Under the pieces are notes generated by a model that did not search any database, had not been told where the DNA came from, and saw only the letters and a list, made by a program, of their open reading frames with translations. The position numbers and the translations under genes are program-made. Shown here one piece after another: positions 27,536 to 35,909 of a stretch of 64,000 nt of DNA (within the stretch, counting starts at the first letter, position 1; every line of letters begins with the position of its first letter). The stretch is from an uncultured Lachnospiraceae bacterium (GTDB lineage: Bacteria > Bacillota > Clostridia > Lachnospirales > Lachnospiraceae). Where the stretch lies: contig CAYZUC010000003.1 of the NCBI GenBank assembly GCA_964481705.1, positions 608-64,607 of the forward strand. Reading direction: 5' to 3'.

Positions 27536-27575
27536 ACCAAAAAGAAAGCGTATCATACATAATGTATCATACGCT
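27536..27575 (-). terminator. Terminator-like hairpin inside the leader of the amidase gene (possible attenuator)
   Basis: A 12-bp stem (27547-27558 with 27564-27575) has one central mismatch and a 5-nt loop. On the minus RNA it is followed by UUCUUUUU, and it lies only about 45 nt upstream of the ATG at 27498. Confidence 0.55.
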
Positions 27576-27609
27576 CTCTTCACCATTACAACATTATGTA
27601 ATCCATGTC

Positions 27610-27638
27610 ATTATAGCATGTTTCATAAATGTTGTATA
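27610..27638 (-). promoter_or_regulatory. Candidate promoter (extended -10 TGCTATAAT) upstream of the amidase leader hairpin
   Basis: The minus strand reads TGCTATAAT (-10 at 27615-27610) with a weak -35 TATACA after a 17-nt spacer. Confidence 0.4.
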
Positions 27639-27698
27639 GTATTTCCGAAAATTACCTATATATAGCGATTCAAATTAAGGGAATCTTAATATTTGTTA

Positions 27699-30326
27699 TC
27701 ATTTTACAATAACGTAGAATGTCTTTGTCAGTCTGTAGTTATCGCTGTCATGATTGATTGCTCTTGCTGTAATACGATAGGTTCCTGCAGGACATCCTGT
27801 ACTTACACTCACTACTCCATTGTAATCATTGGAGCCGCTATCCTTTGCCTTTACATTAATCCAAGGGGTCGAGCTGTCCCAGGAAATGGATTTCTGAGTC
27901 GGATCAAAGGTGGTGCTGTTGTCATGCTTGTAGTATTTCACTCCAATCGTTTCTTGTTTTCCTTTGTCAATGGTAATCATCTGGTTTCCATTAATTACGG
28001 AAAGCTTCTGATTCTCAAGAGCAATTCGATATGGCGTGGAATAGGTATCTGATTTCCACTTACCAATCACTTCCGTGCTTCCTTCATATACACCTGCAAT
28101 TCGATACGTGTATTCTACACCGTTCGTGACATTGGTGCGGTGGCTGCGTGCCCTGGTATTGGTCAGCACATGATAGCTGCCGCCATCCTTACTGTATTCA
28201 ATGCGGTACAGATCCACCTCCGGATCATAAGCTCTTGACCATGTCAGCTTTGCTCCATTGGAGTTGCTTGTATCATAGCTTACATTGAATTCTTCAATTG
28301 TTCTCGGAATTGGTCGTACCCCATTCGATGGATCAGACCAATCCGTACTGTTCTCTTCATCTGTCCAAACCTTCAATTCCGTGTAATACTTCACTCCCGG
28401 AGTCAGTCCATCAATGATACAATAACGTTTGTTGAATTCATCCGAACGTTTTTCGATATCCTTCTGTCCTGTTACCGTTGCAAAGGTTGGATCCGTGCTG
28501 TATCGAACCGTATACTTGATCGCTTTCTTATTAAATGGCGACCATTTTGCTTTAATCTTACGAAGAGAATAGCTGCTGGCTACCGGTGTGGGTCCTATCG
28601 CAGTAACCTTGATCTCATTAGACGAAACACAGTTATCCACTCCTCCATTATGAGTACACTCCTTGTTTCCGATCATCGGCATGATCTTGTACGAATAAAC
28701 GGAACCAAGGTCTACCCTTTTATCCTTGATATATACATATCCATTCTTCGCCTTTAATCCGGGAGTTCTTAAGTAACTCAGCTTTTCATAATTTCCTGCC
28801 ACACCATTCTCGATCTTATTTCGATATACCTGATACTTGGTGGCATAATCCACTTTTTCAAATGAAAGCTCAATAACCCCATTTTTTCCAATGTTCGTTG
28901 CCATAGGATCCTTTACCATTCCAAGGTGTGTCATATCATAATCAACATCACTGAAGGCACCGGCTGACTTTCCGGCTACTGCACGTACTTTATAATAGAA
29001 ATTCTGTTCCGGCTTCATTGGGAAATTAACATAGGTCCATCCTTTTACAATACTGTCATCATCACGGATGTCATTCGATATTTCGTCATCCTTAAAGAAT
29101 CTGGACCAATCAAAAGGATGACTGTCCACATAGCTTTTGTCAATGACTCCTCCAGCCACGCTTCCCTTTTTCAGCATGGATTTTGATACTCTCTTATAGG
29201 AACCATTCTCTTTATTGGAATAGAAAATCTCATAAGAAGAAGCATCCTTAATGGCATTAAAAGCTATCTCGATTTTGTTTGCACTCACATTATATGCAGT
29301 ACAAAGATATGGTTTTCCAATCACAGATTTTGCTTTCTTCGTAGAGGAAATCAAGGACTCCACTGCTTTTCCTGCTTCCAGAGTAAAGACTGCCTTCACT
29401 TGATAGGAGTACTTTTCACCAAGTGAAACTGTTCCACTGTCATCCGTATAAACAAGAGCAACCGCGTGTGAGGATTTGATTCCCTTTCCGGAGTAATTGT
29501 CAATTACCTCACAATCGTTTTCACTGATTGTTTTAATCTTTTCCTTATTTCGATAAATCTCATAGGTGATATGATTGCCTTTCACCTGTTCAAAGGTAAA
29601 ATCAAAGGACGGTTTTCCATTATCTGTTCCATCAAATGGAGACGCTGACCAATCCACACCGTCACTATACGCTGCCACCAAATCCAATGCGAGCGGCTTA
29701 CACACCACGGACACTGCATTTGGTGCCTTTTCCGTTGCTTCAACAATCTGCTTATCCTTATCATAAGCAACCACCTTATAGACAAAGCTGTCAACACTGT
29801 CGCCAAGGGCATCCTTCTCTATATAAGAGGTCTTAGTGGTAAACCCGCTTCCATTATCTGCAATTTGCTTGAAGCCTTCGTTTCCCTGTCCATCATAATC
29901 CGACACAAAGCGATATAGCTTGTAGTACTTGGACTTATTCATTTTCTTCCAAGCTACCTTAATCTGTCCCTTGCTGTTCATGGTCGCCTGCATAAACTTC
30001 CTATTTGCTTCCGGAACCTGAAGGGGAGATGTCACATCACCACCTGCTTCTGCCAGGGCATCTGCAACCTCATCTGCCTCGATCACTTCCTCATATGCTC
30101 CGGATGCCTGCGCATCAGATTCCTCTTCTGTCATCTCGATGACCTCCGGTTCCTCTGTCAAAGCAGGTTCCTCTGTCTGTTCGGTGTCAATAATCTCTGT
30201 TACGATTCCATCTTCCGGTTCCGTTACTTCTGCTGCAAAAGCGCTGACATTTAAGCTTGTTAGAATCAATGCCATTGTCAGAACAAATGCCAGTCTTTGT
30301 TTCCATGTTTTTCTTATCTCTTTCAC
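27699..30326 (-). CDS. Secreted multi-FN3-like repeat protein with a C-terminal Big_2-like module
   Basis: 875 aa with a GTG start and a GGGGGA RBS. It has a signal peptide (LAFVLTMALILTSLNVSAFA), an acidic linker and about six FN3-like modules (for example IKVAWKKMNKSKYYKLYRF...FVYKVVAYD). It is a paralog of the two neighbouring large ORFs and has no LPXTG. Confidence 0.8.
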   Translation of the reverse strand: MKEIRKTWKQRLAFVLTMALILTSLNVSAFAAEVTEPEDGIVTEIIDTEQTEEPALTEEPEVIEMTEEESDAQASGAYEEVIEADEVADALAEAGGDVTSPLQVPEANRKFMQATMNSKGQIKVAWKKMNKSKYYKLYRFVSDYDGQGNEGFKQIADNGSGFTTKTSYIEKDALGDSVDSFVYKVVAYDKDKQIVEATEKAPNAVSVVCKPLALDLVAAYSDGVDWSASPFDGTDNGKPSFDFTFEQVKGNHITYEIYRNKEKIKTISENDCEVIDNYSGKGIKSSHAVALVYTDDSGTVSLGEKYSYQVKAVFTLEAGKAVESLISSTKKAKSVIGKPYLCTAYNVSANKIEIAFNAIKDASSYEIFYSNKENGSYKRVSKSMLKKGSVAGGVIDKSYVDSHPFDWSRFFKDDEISNDIRDDDSIVKGWTYVNFPMKPEQNFYYKVRAVAGKSAGAFSDVDYDMTHLGMVKDPMATNIGKNGVIELSFEKVDYATKYQVYRNKIENGVAGNYEKLSYLRTPGLKAKNGYVYIKDKRVDLGSVYSYKIMPMIGNKECTHNGGVDNCVSSNEIKVTAIGPTPVASSYSLRKIKAKWSPFNKKAIKYTVRYSTDPTFATVTGQKDIEKRSDEFNKRYCIIDGLTPGVKYYTELKVWTDEENSTDWSDPSNGVRPIPRTIEEFNVSYDTSNSNGAKLTWSRAYDPEVDLYRIEYSKDGGSYHVLTNTRARSHRTNVTNGVEYTYRIAGVYEGSTEVIGKWKSDTYSTPYRIALENQKLSVINGNQMITIDKGKQETIGVKYYKHDNSTTFDPTQKSISWDSSTPWINVKAKDSGSNDYNGVVSVSTGCPAGTYRITARAINHDSDNYRLTKTFYVIVK

Positions 30327-30490
30327 CTTGTTTCCCCCTTGCTCACATTTCTTTTTTTTAGTAGAATACTATTATTTTATCATACTATTATTTGCTTGCA
30401 TAGCTAATATTTGTCATTTTGAAACATTATTTCTTATATTGTTGTTCAATATGGGTCATTGCTTTTAATTGTAGAACATTTCCAAAGTCT

Positions 30491-30525
30491 AATACAAAAA
30501 GCAGCTACACACACGCGTAGCTGCT
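30491..30525 (-). terminator. Rho-independent terminator after the 850-aa FN3 protein gene (structure is bidirectional)
   Basis: A 9-bp stem (AGCAGCTAC at 30500-30508 with GTAGCTGCT at 30517-30525) has an 8-nt loop. On the minus RNA it is followed by UUUUGUAUU. Confidence 0.7.
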
Positions 30526-30537
30526 TTGTTTTCCTTA

Positions 30538-33090
30538 CTATTTTACCGTAATTGTTACTTTCTTACCATCTCCACCAAATCTTGGCTTTAAGGTAACGGT
30601 GGTAGATCCGACTTTTCTGGCCTTTATCTCAATATATGGCTTGCCATCACTATTACCATCATCTGATCTTTCTACAATATTTGTATCAGCAATACTATAT
30701 TTCACATCCTTGAAGGTCGTGTTGCTTGGATCAAAATCCTTTACCTGAATCTTATATTTCTCGCCGACCTTCATCGTTTTCGATTCACTATTCAGTGATA
30801 GGGATTTCGGAACAATAATCGACCTTGCAGTTTTCTCGACTCCTTCTATCTCTCTCACACCATTTGAAGCAACTGCACAAATGCGATATTGGTACTTTCT
30901 TCCGCCAACATAGGAAATCGGGTCACGAACAGCTCGTTTTGTTTTACCATTCTCGGCGATTTCTCCACAGTTCTTCCAAGTCTTTCCTCCATCTACACTT
31001 CGATAGAATCGATATTTGCTGACCTGGGCTTGCTCGTCAGATGTCTCTATGGTAATTCGAATTCCCTGCCATTTGTTCGTATGCTTACCACTACTGTCAA
31101 TATCAGTGCACTCGGATACAATACTCTTCACGGCCTTCGGTCTTGTATAGCCTTCGGTCCATCTGGCTTTCGCCGGATCACTATCTCCGGAAGCGCTGTG
31201 TGTCAGGATACGGTAGTAATACGATACAAAAGGAGTAAGATTCTTGTCGGTTATCAAACGCTTCTTAAATTCCGATTCACCCTTCTTTACTTCATCAACG
31301 GTTACTGCATTTGTAAAATCAGGAGTACCATCCAAACCGGTTACTGTCGTTCTCTGAATCGTATAAGATGTAGCTCCGTATATTGCCGCCCAGCTAACAC
31401 GTATGTTAGACATGCTGCGTCCCTCTACCTTAGGTTTTGGCGAACCTACAATAACATGTCCTGTGACCGGATCACTCATTGCATAGGTTCCCTTGGCACT
31501 TCCATTTACAGGATAAATACGATAAGCATAGTATTTTCCATCCTGTAATCTCTTTTTATCCTGATAGATAATCCGTCCGGTACCCTTATCAACCTTAGAT
31601 GCATTCACTGTTGCAATCTTGCCATATTTTTCTTCACCATTTAAAGCACTGGTATCTAGTGCTGTGCTTCGCTCAATCACATACTTGGTTGCACACTTTT
31701 CATATTTCCAGGATACACGTAACTGTTTTGTACTTACACTGTCAACTTCTACTTCAGAAACCTTTGCAAAGCGGCAGGTATTCTCAATTGGATTACTCAT
31801 AGCTCCGGTAATATTACTTTTACCAACAGCACGTACTCGATAATAATAGGTCTTATCCGGTGTCATCTTGTTGTAATTGGCCATGTAGCCTGCTTTACCG
31901 GTACCGTTGAGTGAAGAAACCTCTGTCAGTGAGCTAACCTTCACTGTTTTTATTACTGAATATCCATGATCACGATATTTGGAACGTAAAATTGCATATT
32001 TGGTAATCTTTCCACTTGGTGGTACTACCTTGGTAAAGGAGAAGATTCCCTTTTTATAGCAAACGGAACCATCCGCATGATCACCGGTAATGCTCAGAAG
32101 CTCAGGTGCTCCAAACACTGCTTTCACCTTGTATCCCTTGGAATATACAGATTCCACTCGAGAATCCTCGGAAAGACCGGATACATAAGCCTTTACACGA
32201 TAGTAGTGTGAAGAATTCAACTTAAATCCGTCAAATGCCTCTGTTGTCTTATCGGTAAAGCAAATCGCCGGAATCCCGTTGTAAACTGTCTCATATGCTT
32301 CCTCACCATTCAGTGCGGATACATTGAGGTCTGCAATTTGCTGATAATCTGCTGTCTTATTCTTACGATCCGAACGCTCGATAATATAATTCACCGGGCC
32401 ATTCTGAATCGGTATGTACATCTGAACACGGTCTGTATTCTCGCCGGTCTGGGCAAACATAATTGTGGGGCTTGCTACTGCTGCAACGGGTGCATCGGAG
32501 GTCCGGGCACCATAACGATCGAAATAAGTCACCAGATAGATATAGGTAGCATCGTCTGGTATTCTCTTATCATTATAAGAACGTTGACTCTTTTTTCTTC
32601 CCGTCTCATCCTGAAGATTAACAATGGTTCCATCCTCAGAAATACGATCAAGACGATAACGTCTTGCTGAACTTCCAGATGGCTTCTTCCAAGTGATTCT
32701 TACCGAGCTGGTGGTTGCTCCCTTGGATTTTTTCGTTGTCAGTACGGCACGTGCCAGCTTCGTATCACTTACTGCACCATTTAATGCAGAGCATACTGCC
32801 TGTCCATTGTAAGAAGAAACCGAATTGATTTCAGATTCTGCTGCGTTGCTCTCTTCTGTAACAGCATCTGTTGTACTCTCTTCTGATACTTCCATCTCTT
32901 CCATCACATCGGCATCCTCCGATGTCTGTGCGTCAGATTCGGAATCCTCCAATTCAACTTCTTCTATAACAGATTCCTGATTCTTAAGTAATTCCTGTGC
33001 GAATGCCTGAGCTGTGCTTCCGCTGAAAATCATAGCTACGGTAAGCAGAAATGCAAGAATTCGCTTTGCATTGATTTTAATTTCTGTCAT
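30538..33090 (-). CDS. Secreted multi-FN3-like repeat protein with a C-terminal Big_2-like module
   Basis: 850 aa with a GAGAGGAG RBS. It has a signal peptide (ILAFLLTVAMIFSGSTAQAFA), an acidic linker, about six FN3-like modules (for example VRITWKKPSGSSARRYRLDRI, LRVSWKYEKCATKYVIERS...YYAYRIYPV) and a Big_2-like end (MKVGEKYKIQVKDFDPSNTTFKDVKYSIADTNIV). Confidence 0.8.
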   Translation of the reverse strand: MTEIKINAKRILAFLLTVAMIFSGSTAQAFAQELLKNQESVIEEVELEDSESDAQTSEDADVMEEMEVSEESTTDAVTEESNAAESEINSVSSYNGQAVCSALNGAVSDTKLARAVLTTKKSKGATTSSVRITWKKPSGSSARRYRLDRISEDGTIVNLQDETGRKKSQRSYNDKRIPDDATYIYLVTYFDRYGARTSDAPVAAVASPTIMFAQTGENTDRVQMYIPIQNGPVNYIIERSDRKNKTADYQQIADLNVSALNGEEAYETVYNGIPAICFTDKTTEAFDGFKLNSSHYYRVKAYVSGLSEDSRVESVYSKGYKVKAVFGAPELLSITGDHADGSVCYKKGIFSFTKVVPPSGKITKYAILRSKYRDHGYSVIKTVKVSSLTEVSSLNGTGKAGYMANYNKMTPDKTYYYRVRAVGKSNITGAMSNPIENTCRFAKVSEVEVDSVSTKQLRVSWKYEKCATKYVIERSTALDTSALNGEEKYGKIATVNASKVDKGTGRIIYQDKKRLQDGKYYAYRIYPVNGSAKGTYAMSDPVTGHVIVGSPKPKVEGRSMSNIRVSWAAIYGATSYTIQRTTVTGLDGTPDFTNAVTVDEVKKGESEFKKRLITDKNLTPFVSYYYRILTHSASGDSDPAKARWTEGYTRPKAVKSIVSECTDIDSSGKHTNKWQGIRITIETSDEQAQVSKYRFYRSVDGGKTWKNCGEIAENGKTKRAVRDPISYVGGRKYQYRICAVASNGVREIEGVEKTARSIIVPKSLSLNSESKTMKVGEKYKIQVKDFDPSNTTFKDVKYSIADTNIVERSDDGNSDGKPYIEIKARKVGSTTVTLKPRFGGDGKKVTITVK

Positions 33091-33123
33091 ACTATACTCC
33101 TCTCATTTATTCAATATAAAATT

Positions 33124-33152
33124 ACTATAACACATTTTGGGCGTTATAGTAT
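33124..33152 (-). promoter_or_regulatory. Candidate extended -10 promoter (TGTTATAGT) for the first FN3 gene, overlapping a 9-bp inverted repeat
   Basis: The -10 is at 33129-33124 on the minus strand with TGT upstream; the -35 is weak. The inverted repeat is TACTATAAC (33123-33131) with GTTATAGTA (33143-33151). Confidence 0.35.
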
Positions 33153-33187
33153 TTAAACTTTTCTTAAAAAGCAAGAATTTATTTTTC

Positions 33188-34261
33188 TTATTCGACTTCT
33201 TTTTCCATCTTGTTTATCGTATCCGGATAACTGTCAACTGCAATATCAAAGTTTATGGCCTGATCCTTCAAAATCTTCAAAAACTCGTCTTTATTCTCGT
33301 GAGTAACATAGTAGCCGAAGCCCTGTTTTAAAAGTTCCGGATCCTCATCACCATAGAACATAAAGTCTATCATCCGGTCCCCCACGACACGGGTAAAATG
33401 ACTGTTCTCATAATAGTTGGACGTATCCATGGTCATATTATTGTATCCACTGAAATTGTAATAATCCGTAATATCCGCAAGATCCGACAGAAAGTTCAGA
33501 TAACCGTTCTCAATGCCCTTCGTATATGTCTGGCCAAACAGAGGATTTGTAAAGATGGTCAGTTTAATATCGTTCTCCTTACACAGGTCAATCATCTTCT
33601 GAATCTCTGCAATCGCTTCCTCTCCACGCGGATAGTAATAATCTGCCCAGTATGGCTTATTATTTGCCTCATCAAACTGACTCTCAATATCGAGATTCTC
33701 GGTGCCGGTATTCAGGATACGATCCGAAAATCCAGTATCCCAGGCATCATGCTCTCGAATGGTAGGAATCGCTTTCACCGTTGTAATCAAATCCATATAC
33801 TTCAGGTAGAATCCCAGCTTGTCGGTCATACTGCCATCCCAGGGAAAAGGTTTCCGGTACAGGATGTCCTTATGAAAGCTTCCATCTACAAAATAAGTGA
33901 TATCATCAACACCCATAATAACGTTTTTGGGAACAATCCCATGTGCAATCATAACCTTCAGATTATCGTAATGTTCACTTGGTACTCCCTCAGAATACAT
34001 CATGTCGTAGTAGGTTCCATCATTCATCCTTGTCACATCGATAAATCCAACACGAGAAGAACCAAAGAGAAAGGAGTCAAATTTATCGGGATGCTCCAAT
34101 ACATTTTTCATCTTAATATAGTTCTTATTTGGTTCAACACCATTGTTAACAAGCTTACTTGCATGAAAAACATTATACGGGTCCAGCAATACATTGAAAG
34201 GAAGGAAAATCAATGCAAGAATCAAAAAGAATGCTATTGCTTTTAATAGAAATTTTTTCAT
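33188..34261 (-). CDS. DltD/PatB/AlgJ-like SGNH-type acyl-transfer partner, membrane anchored
   Basis: 357 aa with the N-terminal anchor MKKFLLKAIAFFLILALIFLPF and FLFGSSRVG (GSS nucleophile motif). It lies directly downstream of an MBOAT gene. Confidence 0.75.
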   Translation of the reverse strand: MKKFLLKAIAFFLILALIFLPFNVLLDPYNVFHASKLVNNGVEPNKNYIKMKNVLEHPDKFDSFLFGSSRVGFIDVTRMNDGTYYDMMYSEGVPSEHYDNLKVMIAHGIVPKNVIMGVDDITYFVDGSFHKDILYRKPFPWDGSMTDKLGFYLKYMDLITTVKAIPTIREHDAWDTGFSDRILNTGTENLDIESQFDEANNKPYWADYYYPRGEEAIAEIQKMIDLCKENDIKLTIFTNPLFGQTYTKGIENGYLNFLSDLADITDYYNFSGYNNMTMDTSNYYENSHFTRVVGDRMIDFMFYGDEDPELLKQGFGYYVTHENKDEFLKILKDQAINFDIAVDSYPDTINKMEKEVE

Positions 34262-34280
34262 GGTTCCGTCCCCTTCCTTC

Positions 34281-35753
34281 TTAGAATTTAAAGTAAATGA
34301 AATCCTGGCTTGTTCCGTTATGAAGCTTCAGGACAATAATCACACAGGTTACACCCACATAAAAGATCCAGCGCAGTGGCCATTTTACCTTGGAGAACTC
34401 GGCAATCAAGTCTCTCTTTAACGAGAAATAATCATACACCATAAGAGCAATCAACGCAGCAGCCAGCTTTCCAAAGGAAAAGTAAGTCAACTGCATATCT
34501 ACCAGCATTTTAACAACGGAATTACCAAAGTGTATAATGCCACGATGCAGATGTGTGACAATAAAAAAAGCATCCGATACATTATTTGCACGGAAGAAAA
34601 TCCATGCAAAGCTTACCAGCGCAAAGGTCAGGAGTCCATGCAGGAACTTTGAAAGCTTTCCCTTTTCTGCGGGCTTACCATCGGGATTCTTCTTACCAAA
34701 TCTACGACTGCATTCATTCTCAATTACCTGATAAAATCCATGCAATCCTCCCCAAATAATAAATGTCCAGTTGGCGCCATGCCACAGACCACTTACTAAA
34801 AAAGTAATCATCAGGTTCAGATTCACCCTTGCCCTCTTACAACGATTGCCACCAAGCGGTATATAAACATAATCGCGAAACCAGGTAGATAGCGAGATAT
34901 GCCATCTGCTCCAGAACTCCTTAATAGAGGTCGAAAGATATGGATTCTTAAAATTCGTCATTAATTCAATATTAAACAGTCTGGCGGTTCCGATTGCGAT
35001 GTCGGAATAACCGGAAAAATCACAATAAATCTGAAAGGTAAAGAAGATTGCAGCAATAATAAATGTCAATCCAAAATAGTTATGAGCATTATCAAAAATC
35101 ACGTCCACATATTTTGAAATAGCATCCGCGATAATCAACTTTTTAAAGAAGCCAAGCAGCATCAGTCGCAGTCCGTATACTGCCTGATCATGATCAAATT
35201 CCTTTTCTCCATAGAGCTGAGGCATCAGATGGTTCGGTCGTTCAATTGGCCCTGCAACCAATTGTGGAAAAAAGCAGACATACAGGGCATATTTCAAAAA
35301 ATGCTTCTGTGGCTTTGCTTTTCCCTTGTATACATCGATAACATAGCTCAATGACTGGAAAGTATAAAAAGAAATACCCACCGGCAGCATGACCTTGATC
35401 GTAATGGGCTGCAAAGGAATTGCAATACTCTGTAGCAGAGAGGTTACCGATTCACTTAAGAAATTGAAATACTTATAATAAACAAGGATTCCCAGACTTA
35501 TCAGCAATGCAAGAAGCAAATAGCCCTTTTTCTTTGCTTTACTCTCCTCCTTGTCAACCAGTATGGCACATAAATAGGATATCCCTGTTGTAAGAATAAT
35601 CAGAATAACATATTTGGGATTCCAGCTCATATAAAAATAATAGCCCGCAGCTAAAAGAACCAGATATCGATACTTCTTTGGGATGACCCAGTAAATCAAG
35701 AAAACGATTGGCAGAAAAATCGCAAAAGCCAAAGAGTTAAATAGCATAATCAA
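34281..35753 (-). CDS. MBOAT-family membrane O-acyltransferase (AlgI/DltB/PatA-like)
   Basis: 490 aa with PVGISFYTFQSLSY, FFPQLVAGPIER, WSRWHISLSTWF, YIPLGGNR and LWHGANW. The likely start is MLFNS at 35747. Confidence 0.9.
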   Translation of the reverse strand: MIMLFNSLAFAIFLPIVFLIYWVIPKKYRYLVLLAAGYYFYMSWNPKYVILIILTTGISYLCAILVDKEESKAKKKGYLLLALLISLGILVYYKYFNFLSESVTSLLQSIAIPLQPITIKVMLPVGISFYTFQSLSYVIDVYKGKAKPQKHFLKYALYVCFFPQLVAGPIERPNHLMPQLYGEKEFDHDQAVYGLRLMLLGFFKKLIIADAISKYVDVIFDNAHNYFGLTFIIAAIFFTFQIYCDFSGYSDIAIGTARLFNIELMTNFKNPYLSTSIKEFWSRWHISLSTWFRDYVYIPLGGNRCKRARVNLNLMITFLVSGLWHGANWTFIIWGGLHGFYQVIENECSRRFGKKNPDGKPAEKGKLSKFLHGLLTFALVSFAWIFFRANNVSDAFFIVTHLHRGIIHFGNSVVKMLVDMQLTYFSFGKLAAALIALMVYDYFSLKRDLIAEFSKVKWPLRWIFYVGVTCVIIVLKLHNGTSQDFIYFKF

Positions 35754-35782
35754 CCTCCCACAATGAATTGCATACGTATTTC

Positions 35783-35811
35783 ACTTTACCATAGAAAACG
35801 ACTTTTTTCAA
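35783..35811 (-). promoter_or_regulatory. Candidate sigma-A promoter for the minus-strand MBOAT/DltD-like operon
   Basis: The minus strand reads TTGAAA, a 17-nt spacer, then TGGTAAAGT (extended -10). It lies about 30 nt upstream of the start. Confidence 0.5.
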
Positions 35812-35835
35812 TAGTGGGGGGATGCGCGATTCCTT

Positions 35836-35864
35836 TTGATATTTCCTAGGATTCATGGTATACT
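35836..35864 (+). promoter_or_regulatory. Candidate sigma-A promoter for the carbamate kinase gene
   Basis: TTGATA (35836-35841), a 17-nt spacer ending in TGG, then TATACT (35859-35864). It is divergent from the MBOAT promoter. Confidence 0.55.
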
Positions 35865-35909
35865 GATTCTATTCTAAATGATAGATGAACTGATAAAGGA
35901 GGGTTTTTT

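Noticed and set aside
24169-33090. The possibility that the repetitive FN3 genes form a diversity-generating retroelement target or a phase-variable shufflon.
   Set aside because: No reverse transcriptase, template repeat, invertase or flanking inverted repeats are visible in the window. The modules are divergent at the DNA level rather than near-identical cassettes.
33123-33151. A 9-bp inverted repeat (TACTATAAC/GTTATAGTA) upstream of the first FN3 gene as an operator.
   Set aside because: It is short and AT-rich, and one arm simply coincides with the candidate -10 box. This is within chance expectation for AT-rich intergenic DNA and no regulator gene is nearby. It is mentioned only under the promoter feature.
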